NCBI RefSeq assembly: GCF_009914755.1
Contig: NC_060930.1
DNA: 64,000 nucleotides
Source: the human T2T-CHM13v2.0 reference genome, Homo sapiens
Direction: 5' to 3' (one strand)
Made by a program: the position numbers and the translations under genes. Positions 16,536 to 34,122 of this stretch are shown in pieces. Below the pieces are notes generated by a model that was not told the origin of the DNA, searched no databases, and saw only the letters and a program-made list of their open reading frames with translations. Positions within the stretch are counted from its first letter, which is position 1. Every line of letters starts with the position of its first letter.

Positions 16536-19212
16536 TTAAACAGCATACAGTTCCTATATTCAACATTTTTTGATACATTTGATCCATCTTTAGTTTCTAG
16601 AAGATGAAGATAGGCTTAGAGAGAGAAGGCGGCTTAGTACTGAAGAAGGGGTTGATCCCCTCGCAATGCGCAAATACATACGTTTGAAGCTACTGCACAG
16701 GTTAATCCATTATGTAAACTGAGACCACAGTTAGCTCCTGGAATGACTGAAATAACTGGGGACAGTTCTGCAATTCCACAAGCTAAATATGACTCGGAAG
16801 AGGATACAACCACCCTGTGTTTGCAGTCACGGAAGCAGAAGAATCGTTAGGTATCTCGAGACAGCCATGCTCGTGTTAGCAGACAGAGAGCTTGGAAAGT
16901 CCACACACAGACTGATTACATACACTGTCTAGCGCCTGATTTGCTTCAAATTACAGAGAATCCCTATTATTGGGGAGTGATGGACCGTTATGAAGCAGAA
17001 GGCCTTCTTGAAGTGAAACCTGAGGCCTGAAAGCGCGTTTTTGCTCAGGGACGCTGCGCAAGAGGACTACCTCTTCTCTGTGAGCTTAGCGAGGCAACAG
17101 ATCCCTGCATGCCCGAATTGAGCAATGAAATCACAACTTTAGTTTTGATGCCCATGATTCGTGTGTATTTCACTCCTCCACTGTAACAGGACTTTTAGAA
17201 CATTATAAAGATCTCAGTTAGTGCATGTTTTTTGAACCATTGCTTACCATATCACTCAATGGGACTTTTAGCCTGAAGTATATCGGTGGCGCGGAAATCT
17301 ACAGGTGCACTAAGTATGATGTGATTGATGGGCTCCCTTTACCCTCCATGTTACAGGATTTTTTAAAAGAGTATCATTATATACAAAAAGTTAGAGTTCG
17401 CTGGTTAGAATGAGAACCATTCAAGGCAAAGTAAACATAAACTCTCCTGTCCCAAAGGGTGTTAACTAGGTCCGCTTTCATGTGCATCAGACGATACACC
17501 TATAGCAAGCACACACAGCAGTGCTAGGCTTTTTCATACAGTATGTTAGCATAGTGTTAGCATCTGTCAGATGCGACCTGCTGTTACTTATTCAGATAAA
17601 CATGGTGCCTATTGGAACAACAGAGGATAGAGCTACAGGTGTTCAGCAAGATTGCAAGAACATTTTGCTGATTTAGCTAACAGTTTGGTTTTTAATGGCT
17701 GCAGTATTTGAGTGAGGCAATTCTGAGGCATTTGCTATGAAGAACAAATTATTAATACTGGATGAGTATTTCAACAGTGTGACTAATGTTTGAAATTATT
17801 TTTTCTAAGAGTTTTTCTATAAACTTCCAAAAGTAATGATGTTTGTAGTTACTATAAATCAAGCTTTGAAAGAGTCTAGAAAAAAAAAAAGAGTGTCTTC
17901 TTTTTATAAAAAAATGCAATTTTCTGGCCACAGGGGCATAGCACAGTTCACTTAGGTGTTAATGTAGCTTATAATCAGGCTCCTCTTCTCTTCTGCAAAA
18001 GGTACTGTTAGGTAATACAGATTTTCTAAGTCATTCATAAATTTCAGACTTACCAACTTAGTAGTAGAATTTTATTGAAAGGCCCTAGGTATTAATATTT
18101 TTAATGAGTGCTTTAACTTAAAACAGGTATTTGGAATAACTGCTGCAATGTAGTCTTGCATGTGATTATTTTTAAAAGTTGATATGCAGTCTAATTGTTG
18201 TTACATGAAAGTTGGATCTTTTCCTATGCCCAGAAAGATTTTGTGAACCATAAAGTATATGAGATTAGAAGATGCCCAAACAAGTCAGATAATAGTAACT
18301 ACAGTGGTTGCTGATGTTGAGATTATTGTTGAACTGTAATTAATAATTCAGATGGCAATATTTATCTCTTTTTTGTAAATGCTTATAGCTGAATTGCTTA
18401 AGTAAAATATATAGAATTTCAGTGCAGTTAATTCTTAATGGAAAATCTGAAACCTAAATTGCAGATTTAAAAGGTACTGTACAACCATTATATCTGTAAA
18501 TAACTTTACTTAGCACCTTTTTATCACTTAAAATAATATGTACTATTACTTGAGTGAGCTCTTCTGGAAGTCATATCAAGTTCTAGTGTTCACTTCTTAG
18601 TAACTGAACTGAATTTACAGTTCTGTTCTAGACATTTTGCACTAAAGTAGCTGAATTCATTCTTGTGTCTTTTTGTTAAGGTGCTCCGTACCACTGGTGA
18701 GTGCTCCACAGTTTCCTTACCTGCTACTACAGAATGTTATTTTACATCCTATGGCTATTGCCAAGGCTACAAAAAAGAAAACATATATTTTTATGGCACA
18801 CTAATCCTTTGACTGCTTATGTATGTTTCTACTTGTTGCATCTTGTTATGGCTGCTTTTTTGTTTTAATAAAGTATGTTTTGTGCTCTCCTTGTACATCT
18901 GTTGTTTTATACATTTGCAACACTTTGTCTTGTAAATGAAATGGTTTGGGGTTTTTAAATAAGCATTAACTTAAACCTTTCTATAGTTAATGCAGCTGTA
19001 CAGTCTAATATTGACTTATCAGAATAAGCTAACTCTAAATTTAATGCTCTACATCTTATCAATCATAATCACATACACTGTGGAACAATGTCTACAGTTA
19101 CTGCAAATTACTATACAGTTTAGGTTATAACAGAAAACTGACAGAGAAATAATAAATCTATTGATTTCTCTGCTTATAAGTGAAAGATTGAAACTATCCA
19201 ATGACATATTAT

Positions 19213-19303
19213 AGTAAGTGAGTATCTGTAACCTCCCACTACAACAGAGGTAGAGTAAATGAGTATCTGTAACCTCCCTCTACATCAGAGGTAGAGTAAA
19301 TGA
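19213..19303 (+). repeat. 41-bp tandem duplication (~2.2 copies) in the pseudogene 3'UTR
   Basis: Units AGTAARTGAGTATCTGTAACCTCCCWCTACAWCAGAGGTAG start at 19213, 19254 and 19295 (partial). Confidence 0.9.
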
Positions 19304-19849
19304 AGTCTTGTAAACTAGTAATATATCAGTACCATTAATTGGTTTGGGGACCATCTTAACCAAAAATAAATGCCCAAAATGTAGAACTTTAACCAAGGAC
19401 TTGTCCATTTTAAAGCAATAATTTCTATTGTTTCTAATTAAAGTCCCTGAAGATCATATACCAAAGTATTTGAGAACTTCATCCAAACAGACTTTAAAGC
19501 ATTATGTGCAATTAAGTTATTATGACATAATTATACTGTTGAGTCTGTTTTCTTGAGCTTATAATGTATCTGGAAAATAAACCTCTTGAGAAAAACAAAA
19601 GAAATTACTGTTAACAGCTAGTTTGAAACAAATATTATATTGACCTAAACATTCAAGATAAGATGGCCAACTTACATGGGCTCTGCTAAGTCAGTTCTTA
19701 GAATTGTGCTGAGGGTGAGAATCAATAAAATATATATATATATTTCTAATGAAAAGGACTTCTATGAGGTGTTTACAAGATTTCCCAGGACACAGACATT
19801 TGACCTTATAGAAGCTGCAACCAAAATTTTCTTTCAAGATTACCATTGA

Positions 19850-20754
19850 GAGGAGGAGCCAAGATGGCCGAATAGGAACAGCTCCGGTCTACAGCTCCCA
19901 GCGTGAGCGACGCAGACGATGGTGATTTCTGCATTTCCATCTGAGGTACAGGGTTCATCTCACTAGGGAGTGTCAGACAGTGGGCGCAGGTCAGTGGGTG
20001 CGCGCACCGTGCGCGAGCCGAAGCAGGGCAAGGCATTGCCTCACTTGGGAAGCACAAGGGGTCAGGGCGTTCCCTTTCTGAGTCAAAGAAAGAGGTGACA
20101 GACGGCACCTGGAAAATCGGGTCACTCCCACCCGAATACTGCGCTTTTCCGAAGGGCTTAAGAAACGGCGCACCGCGAGATTATATCCCGCACCTGGCTC
20201 TGAGGGTCCTACGCCCACGGAGTCTCGTTGATTGCTAGCACAGCAGTCTGAGATCAAACTGCAAGGCGGCAGCGAGGCTGGGGGAGGGGCGCCCGCCATT
20301 GCCCAGGCTTGATTAGGTAAACAAAGCAGCCTGGAAGCTCGAACTGGGTGGAGCCCACCACAGCTCAAGGAGGCCTGCCTGCCTCTGTAGGCTCCACCTC
20401 TGGGGGCAGGGCACAGACAAACAAAAAGACAGCAGTAACCTCTGCAGACTTAAATATCCCTGTCTGACAGCTTTGAAGAGAGCAGTGGTTCTCCCAGCAC
20501 GCAGCTGGGGATCTGAGAAAGGGCAGACTGCCTCCTCAAGTGGGTCCCTGACCCCTGACCCCCGAGCAGCCTAACTGGGAGGCACCCCCCAGCAGGGGCA
20601 CACTGACACCTCATACGGCAGGGTATTCCAACAGACCTGCAGCTGAGGGTCCTCTCTGTTAGAAGGAAAACTAACAAACAGAAAGGACATCCACACCAAA
20701 AACCCATCTTTGCATCACCATCATCAAAGACCAAAAGTAGATAAAACCACAAAG
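19850..20754. promoter_or_regulatory. L1 5'UTR: internal sense promoter and antisense promoter (ASP), CpG-rich
   Basis: Intact L1PA 5'UTR with YY1 motif CAAGATGGCC near +10. The ASP at about +400-600 is established for primate L1. Confidence 0.75.
19991..20299 (-). CDS. ORF0: LINE-1 antisense ORF0 (102 aa here)
   Basis: MAGAPPPASLPPCSLISDCCASNQRDSVGVGPSEPG... inside ORF-track entry 19991-20368; ATG is the CAT at 20297-99. Confidence 0.75.
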   Translation of the reverse strand: MAGAPPPASLPPCSLISDCCASNQRDSVGVGPSEPGAGYNLAVRRFLSPSEKRSIRVGVTRFSRCRLSPLSLTQKGNALTPCASQVRQCLALLRLAHGARTH

Positions 20755-21771
20755 ATAGGGAAAAAACAGAACAGAAAAACTGGAAACTCTAAAAAGCAGA
20801 GCTCCTCTCCTCCTCCAAAGGAACGCAGTTCCTCACCAGCAACGGAACAAAGCTGGATGGAGAATGACTTTGACGAGCTGAGAGAAGAAGGCTTCAGACG
20901 ATCAAATTATTCTAAGCTACGGGAGGACATTCAAACCAAAGGCAAAGAAGTTGAAAACTTTGAAAAAAATTTAGAAGAATGTATAACTACAATAACCAAT
21001 ACAGAGAAGTGCTTAAAGGAGCTGATGGAGCTGAAAACCAAGGCTCGAGAACTACGTGAAGAATGCAGAAGCCTCAGGAGCCGATGCGATCAACTGGAAG
21101 AAAGGGTATCAGCAATGGAAGATGAAATGAATGAAATGAAGCGAGAAGGGAAGTTTGGAGAAAAAAGAATTAAAAAAAATGAGCAAAGCCTCCAAGAAAT
21201 ATGGGACTATGTGAAAAGACCAAATCTACGTCTGATTGGTGCACCTGAAAGTGATGGGGAGAATGGAACCAAGTTGGAAAACACTCTGCAGGATATTATC
21301 CAGGAGAACTTCCCCAATCTAGCAAGGCAGGCCAACGTTCAGATTCAGGAAATACAGAGAACGCCACAAAGATACTCTTCGAGAAGAGCAACAACAAGAC
21401 ACATAATTGTCAGATTCACCAAAGTTGAAATGAAGGAAAAAATGTTAAGGGCACCCAGAGAGAAAGGTCGGGTTACCCTCAAAGGGAAGCCCGTCAGACT
21501 AACAGCGGATCTCTCGGCAGAAACCCTACAAGCCAGAAGAGAGTGGGGGCCAATATTCAACATTCTTAAAGAAAAGAATTTTCAACCCAGAATTTCATAT
21601 TCAGCCAAACTAAGCTTCATAAGTGAAGGAGAAATAAAATACTTTACAGACAAGCAAATGCTGAGAGATTTTGTCACCACCAGGCCTGCCTTACAAGAGC
21701 TCCTGAAGGAAGCACTAAACATGGAAAGGAACAACCGGTACCAGCCGCTGCAAAATCATGCCAAAATGTAA
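20755..21771 (+). pseudogene. L1 ORF1p frame: 338 codons open, start codon mutated ATG>ATA
   Basis: AAAGATAGGG at 20751-60 against consensus AAAGATGGGG. Frame is open to TAA at 21771. YPAKLS has become YSAKLS. Confidence 0.9.
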
Positions 21772-21819
21772 AGACCATCGAGACTAGGAAGAAACTGCAT
21801 CAACTAACGAGCAAAATAA

Positions 21820-25661
<3,842 letters not shown>

Positions 25662-27163
25662 ACAATGAGATCACATGGACACAGGAAGGGGAATATCACA
25701 CTCTGGGGACTGTTGTGGGGTGGGGGGAGGGGGGAGGGATAGCATCGGGAGATATACCTAATGCTAGATGACGAGTTAGTGTGTGCAGCGCACCAGCATG
25801 GCACATGTATACATATGTAACTAACCTGCACAATGTGCACATGTACCCTAAAACTTAAAGTGTAAAAAAAAAAAAAAGATTACCATTGATTTGACGTCGT
25901 AACTAGATAGAGATACACATTTGATTAAAAAAATGAACTAAACAAACTCTTGTACCCTTAAACACATTGAAGAATAATTTGATCAGGTTTTCTGATAAGA
26001 GGATAACATATTAGGAAGAACAATCTATTCCCAACAAGTTATTTTATAGAATGTTCCTGCCTTATCTTCATATTTCTTCACAATAACCAGTATAGAGCCA
26101 AGTAGGCAGTAGTCATTATGAGCATATGGTGTCTTCAATCAAATCACTGTTGAGTGTGTAGTAGAAAAGAATGTATGATGTGTTATTGAATCCCAAAAGG
26201 AATACAAGACAGAAGCCTCATAGAACTTATTGTCTTATTTGGGGAACCAAGCTCACAAATATAAAATTGTAAAATAACAACAAATAAAAATGTAACACCA
26301 CGAAAAAGGTCTATATAAATTGTCTTCTAACTTTAATAACCATAAAATTAAATTAGAAAAATATTAGATGTAATTAAGCATTAAACATAATAGAAAGAGA
26401 AGAAAAACATGAGTCTTGAAGCTAACAGACAGCATCAAAAGACTGGAATTGGGTAAAATTTGCTGGTGGGGATGGTTTGCTACAAAAGTTCAGAGGGAAA
26501 GATTAATAGAAACTGATGAGATTTTTTTTAATGGAGAGATGGCATTAAAGGACCACGAGACTCTTAAAATCTAGAGGGGAAGAGATGAGTTTGGCTGGTT
26601 GAAGGAAGAGCAGAAGCAATGTGCAAGAGTGTGAATAAATGAAGGGCAACAGAAGAATTGCAAGATGACTAGACTGGCTAACTTATGGTTTATGTTATAA
26701 AGATTAAAATAGCAAACAAGGCAAAATAAGTAAGTTGAGGTTAAGAAAAACTCTCAATGGTAGGTAGAGAAATCTGGGATTCATTTTTTGAGCAAATAGA
26801 ATTCACTTGAAGATTTTAATCATATATGAAGAAAAGAGAAAGTTGCTTTAATTAAATTTAATCTAAATATGAAAAAAGAAATTAGGCTTATGTTTTATGG
26901 CTAGAGGATAGATCTAGGACCAATGAGTATAAACCACAGAAGGAGAAATTTTGCTCCAAGAGAAAAATATATAACAATTTGATTAAACTGAACATGGCAT
27001 AGAGTGACTTAGAAAGTGCAAATTCCCCACTACTGATTTGAAAGATCTTGTTCTCATTGGTTCTGTTGTGGAAAAAAATCATGCATCAAACAGATGTTCT
27101 CAAAGATACTCTGATTCCAGACCTTTAAGAAACAGGAGGTAGGAGATAATGGTTGGATATAGT

Positions 27164-27502
<339 letters not shown>

Positions 27503-28185
27503 CTATAGTCCTGGGCTAAGTGATACAGCCCATGCCACTATCATTACACAACAATTATTTATCCTACCAGTGTCTAAGAGTTCATGGTGCTAAGTGCTTT
27601 ACATACATTGTATATTTTAATCCTTTCAAGACCCTATAGAGTACACATTACTCCTTTCTTTGTTTTACAGATAAGGTGTGGAGCAATGGAATAGGAAAGG
27701 TAAGAGAGGCATTTTAAAGAACAGCATGAGTGGAATGATGAATATGTTACAGGTAATAAAGCAATGAGATGAAGTTAAGGTTATTTGAAATGACTTAATA
27801 TGCTCCCTATGCTGCATTACAGCACAGTCCTATATAATCCAGGGCAATTTAGGATGTATTGGGTTTAGTGAGTACTGAATCTCAAACATTATCAGTTTTA
27901 TCTATTAATTTATTTTTTCTTCAGGCTGCTTTACAGTAGATTAACACCATCATCAAAAATATTAATGATATAGCTCTTGGTTATAGGCACTGGGTGAAAT
28001 CTTCAGCAATAAGAGATAAACAGAATCTTGTGACATGAGGCTGAAAACAAAGTAATCACTTAATGCAAAGATTTAATGACTGAAAAGAGAAAGCACCCAT
28101 CAACTCATTCTTTTACTGTATACTGGTTAGGGATTGATTTACTTAATTATTTTTAATAAATGAGTACACAAGAACCATATTATTT

Positions 28186-28285
28186 TATTTTATTTTATTT
28201 TATTTTTTGAGATGGAGTCTTGCTCTGTCTCCCAGGCTGGAGTGCAGTGGCTTGATCTCTGCTCACTGCAACCTCCGCCTCCCGG
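28186..28285 (-). mobile_element. Severely 5'-truncated Alu (~100 bp including tail)
   Basis: (TTTTA)n tail plus the last ~77 nt of the right arm. TSD AAGAACCATRTTATTT at 28170-85 and 28286-301. Confidence 0.9.
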
Positions 28286-29574
28286 AAGAACCATGTTATT
28301 TGATCTTGCTGTTGACCATGATTTTTGGAAGCAGGATGTAGGGGCATCATTTACAAGTATACTCCAGTTTCAGCCATCTTCAGACCTCTATAGCCGCTGT
28401 TGCCTGTATCTAGAATTTCCTCTGACTTCTCCATTCTGTGGAGAGAGCTTGCTCAACCCACAACCCATCCCACCTCCCCTCACCTGTGAAGCTTCTCCTC
28501 ACTCCCCTCAGCAGCAGTGGCTCTATGAGAGCCCTTGTCACGTCGTCTCTTTCATACACCCTGAGGTTCTCATAAGCAAGAGAGCATTTGTTTGTTGTTC
28601 GACTTTTTGCTGTTTTCTTCTCCTCATTGCTTCCCTCCCCCCAACCCTCAGAGCTAAGGACATAGCTGTCACTCATGATTTGTCAAAATAAAAATCACAG
28701 AAGTGACAGAGATACACGCATAACCAGGTTAAATCATTCCAGTCAATAAGAAGAGGAAAGGATGGATTAACATGCTCCTCCTCAGGCCTACCTGAAGCTT
28801 TTTCTGATAGCTGGTATAACATGTCACATTGAATTATCGTAAGTTGTTTGCCTGTATGTCATGTTCAGCAGATGGTATATGGCAGATAGTTTATATTCAA
28901 CATATGTTCCTTGTGTTAATTCAAATTATTAACTGCCTTCCAAACATCTAATATAACTTAATGCTGTAAATTATTATTCCAGTTCTAGAGTAGAAATAAG
29001 CAAACAGATGTGGGTCAGTGAAACTAAAAAATGGTATTTAAAACAAGTGTAAGTCAAATCCCCTAAAATAAGTGGCATCACATTACAAGTCAGTGCATAC
29101 AAACATAGCCAAACCACAGGTAGTTTGCTTGGCTCAAAATGCTTCCACGATGCTTTCAGGTGTGGTGTACAAGCTGCCTTCCCGAAACCCCACCCCTGCC
29201 CATTGATTTACATGAGGCTTTTTAACACATTTATGTTAACTTCTTGGCCTCTTGAGGCATTTGAATTTGTGATCTCTCTACTATAATTTGTCCTGACACT
29301 GTGAACACAATCAATCTGTTTTCCCTCAAGTACTTTATTTCTTTAAATTTTGGTTAATCTACTAAACTTTTAAAAGTATAAGTTACATTCGTAAGTCAAA
29401 GTGATACCCACATAGATTCAAAGATAGGAGAACCTGAATAATAAACATAGCGCATTTGCTTCTGTGTGTATATTAAAGCATGACTATTTGGTCACATTTA
29501 TATTAAAAATTTTGTTTTGATTATATTGAACATCACTGATGTGATTTTTTTTCTTATTTAAATGGTTCCCTAAT

Positions 29575-30470
29575 TCTTTTTTGTTTTTTTATTTTTATTT
29601 TGTTGGTTTTAACCTTTACTGAGATATAATTTATACACGAAAAATGTACACAACGTATACATTTTGATGAGTGTGGACATATGCATACATCCATGATACC
29701 ATCACCACAATTATAGTAAGAAATATATCCATCACCTTTGGAAATGTCCTTGTGCTCTTTTGAGGGGTTTGTTTTTTGGTGCAAACATGTAACACGAAAT
29801 CTATCCTCTTAACATATTTTAAAGTGTATAATACCATACTACTTATTATAACAATGCTTATATAGCAGATCTCTAGAACTTATTCATCTTGTACAACAGA
29901 AACTTTATACCCATTGAAAAACAATTCCCCATTTCCCTCTCCAGCATTCTTTTATCTGGGAATCATCATTCTAGTCTCTGCTTCTGTGAGTTTGACTGTT
30001 AGAGACCTCAGGTAAGTGAAAACACACAGTATTTTTCTTTCTGTGACTGATTTTTGCTTAGTATAATGTCTTCTAGGCTTGTCCATGTTGTTGGAAATAG
30101 CAAGATTTTCTCTTTTTTAAGGCAAAATAATATTTTTTTATGTATAAACCACATATTCTTAATTCATCTGTTAAGGAACATTTGGGTTGTTTGCATATTT
30201 TGGTTATTGTGAATAATACCACAACGAACAGGGGGTACAGATATCTCTTAGAAGGCATACCATACTTAGATACCACCAGGTATCTAAAAAGGTGCTTAAT
30301 GTCACTAATCATCAGAGTAATGAAGATCAAAGCCACAATGAGATATTATTTCACCCCATTAGGATGATTATTATAAAAAAACAAAGATAACAAGTATTAG
30401 TGAGGATATGGAAAAATTAGAGCACTTACCACTTGGTAAGAATGTAAATTGGTACAGCCACTATGAAAAA
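29575..30470 (-). mobile_element. Old L1 (L1MA/L1MB-like) 3' end with an inverted 5' segment (~30275-30470 on +)
   Basis: Minus-strand 3'UTR and ORF2 tail (peptide ...LFTITKICKQPKC), followed by plus-strand KRCLMSLIIRVMKIKATMRYYFTP, which is ORF2 Cys-domain sequence. Confidence 0.75.
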
Positions 30471-31432
30471 TGATAGAATTTGAGCAGTATTCAATCGGCT
30501 GACAATTAAAATAAATAAAAAATATTCACAATTCTTACCACAGAACTGTATTTATAATTCACAAGTTCTTGTTTCAACTTTTGTCCCTAAAATACCAAGA
30601 AACTTTTTTTTTGCTCGTTATAAACGTGCATTGTACTACTTTGGGGAAAATGTTTACTCTGCTATAACTTTTGGGGGAGAATAAATTCACCTTTAAATAT
30701 CAACTTTGATTCTGTAGCAGTATTCCAAAGATTAAATGGATTAAAATCTGCAGAAATATAAGAAAGCCAAAAAAAAAAAAAAGCTTATGCACTAACTTGT
30801 TCATCTCTTTCAGATAATTTATAGTTATTTTAAAAGGAAATGTTCATGGTATAAAGTGAGGCTTGCCTAAAGGTTATTGATGGTAATAATGATATCTAGT
30901 ATTTCTTAATTTCTTACTAAAAATAGTTCTTGGCAGATAACTAGTGCTCAATAAATGCCAGCTACTATTGTTTCATATCAGATGTTACTTAAAGAAATTT
31001 ACCTGTATTTAACTATTCCCCAGAAAAGTTCTAAATGGTAGGTCTTATTATTATTATTCTCATTTTATAGATGAGGACACTAATGCTCAGCCTCACAAAC
31101 CAGGATCTGAACCTAGGCCAGGACTCTTAACTACTCATGGACCAGATTCAAACTGAAGATTTGTGAAAAGACATAGCATTATTTTTGGTCACTGTTGTAG
31201 CTAAGTTTATCAACACATCATGTACTGAAGGGTCATTGTTGGAGACATAAAAAAAGAAAGCACTTATTCATTTTATCTAATAATTTTGCATGTCATCTTG
31301 TAATAAGTGTTCCAATTAGATTTAATTAAATTAGCACACCAAAGAAAGAATAGTTGCTAAACTTGAATAATTATATATAATATACCTCCTCAGTGTAGAA
31401 TTTCATTTATTAGAATTAAAATCAAGGAGATT

Positions 31433-31778
<346 letters not shown>

Positions 31779-32274
31779 TCAAAAGTAAGTATTTTGTCTT
31801 GCAAGACACATAAAAACAGTTGTAGTTTTGCCATCTCCTAATTATTTTTACTATCAAAACAAAGTATATATGCAAGAAATTTATGGTTAAACGTGTGGCT
31901 ATTAAATCAGTATTTTTAGTCTTGATCTATTTCCTGGCATTTAAAAACATGGTTTCCAATTTTTTTAATGATTTGTATGATCCGTTGATAAACTAAGAAA
32001 TTCCCTTGTTTTCCTTTTGACTTCGTATTAGTGTTAATTATACACCATCATTTTTTTTTTTCATCTAGGATTAAAACTTTGGTCATGGTCTTTTTGGTCT
32101 CAGAGCATTTGTTCAGGATGTGATGTGTCTATAGAATGTCCTTCCACTTTAATGCACCTATCAAAATTCCACCATCTTTCAAGTCTCTATCCCTTCTGTC
32201 ACATGTGACCTCATTTTCCTTGGAATCTCCATCATAGTTGCTTATCCCTCTCTTACAGCAGCATAGATCAGAAG

Positions 32275-32500
32275 TTATGAGAATGAATTCCAGAGGGGAA
32301 ATACTGCTTGGGTTTATATTCTGGCTCTACCACTTACTAATCCATGTGACATTGAGCAAGTTAATTTATCTTTGAGTCTAATTTCTCATACATAAAAAGG
32401 GAAACCTATAGTATGTATTTCATGGGAAAATTTGGATAGCTAAATTAATGAAGGTAATCCTTATAAAGTTTTTAGTACATACTAAGTGCTCCATAAAAGG
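32275..32500 (+). mobile_element. MIR SINE (similar relics at ~27540-27680, ~31000-31130 and ~36640-36820 on -)
   Basis: MIR core-like CTGGCTCTACCACTTACTAA...GTGACATTGAGCAAGTTA...TAAGTGCTC. Confidence 0.6.
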
Positions 32501-33169
32501 TTTTATTATTCTTATTAGATTAACATTGTCATCACCATCCTTGAAACTGTGATATGGCTTATCATATGCCATTCAAAGTTCCTAGCCCACCTAAGAACAT
32601 TTCCTTTTCATTTTCAGCAATCAGTTTCATGACAGAATTGCATTTGATGTTGGGTAAGTAGATATGACTGATCAGCCATAACAGAGTAAGTAACCCTAAC
32701 AGTAGATATGAAAGTCAAATTATCTTTAGATATTCCCTGAATAATGTTAGCTTCCAGGAACAGTAATACAAAATATATTTTTCACAGACATGGCTATCTA
32801 ATTCCTTCGTCATCCTTGTATTACCTTGCACAGTCTTTGGTATGTAGTTGGTCTCAACATATTGAATATGTTGTATACTCAATGCAACATGAGTAAGCAT
32901 AGCAAAGTATGTCAGAAACATGACATAGTGTCATCCCAAAAGCCATAGCATGGAATACATTTTGGTTCATGACCTAAGTCTATATTACCTTTCTACTTGT
33001 CCCTGGGTCTATTAATGCAAGAAACCATTAAACTCCTCTAATTATTCATTTTCATTTTTATTCTTTTGCTCCCTCATTTAACTAGTATATATTGAGCATA
33101 GGCTGTGTATTAGAGGTTGTTTCCTTAGGACCCTAAAAATATAGATGAAGTCATTGTCTGGAGCCTTTC

Positions 33170-33330
33170 CACCCAAAGTTTATCTACAGCATGAGTAACA
33201 CCTGGGAGTCTGTTAAAAATGCAGACTTTCAGGCCCTAACCAAGGCCCTGAGCCAGGCCTCTCAAATCAGAGACTGTATTTTTACAAGATCACCAGGTGT
33301 TTCATGTACACATTCAATGAAGCACTGGGC
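33170..33330. mobile_element. MER5A-like hAT MITE (second copy at ~38795-38972)
   Basis: CACCTGGGAGTCTGTTAAAAATGCAGA...AATCAGAGACTGTATTTTTACAAGATC...AAGCACTG. Confidence 0.6.
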
Positions 33331-33809
33331 GGCACATAAGAATCACTTGTGTTTATAAAGATACGAACACCTACAATCAAGGTGGAGGGCCAAGTATATC
33401 GAGAGCTTAGCCAATTAAACAATTGCCTGATAATTCAAGAAGGTTTTTTAAATATATAGATGAACTTTTGTGGAAGTATCTTTTAACTTTGCAACACAAT
33501 AAATTTTAATAATTTGAAAACTATAATTCCATATCACAGCCTGCTGTGATAAACAAAGGTACTTAGATTATATGCAGTTGTTTGCTTTGGGCCCACTGTT
33601 AATATATTCTGGGGAGGTTATATCAACAAATGCTGTTTTGTTTTAAAATAAATTTCCATGAATTTTAATGGTGATAAATTCTAGATGAAAGGAAAAAAAG
33701 ATATTTTTGCCAGAACCAAATATATTAAATCTCCCTCCATCTCAAATGATTAAATCAGTGTTGTACTTCCATCAGGAGACAGACATTTCTGTCACTTGGA
33801 AGAAAGTAG

Positions 33810-34122
<313 letters not shown>

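Noticed and set aside
19213-19303. CRISPR-like repeat array
   Set aside because: It is a simple tandem duplication without spacers, in primate DNA.
20710-20754. N-terminally extended ORF1 (MHHHHQ...)
   Set aside because: This comes from the ORF caller using a TTG start in 5'UTR sequence.
28212-28691. 159-aa ORF
   Set aside because: It starts inside an antisense Alu fragment and shows no homology or exon signals.
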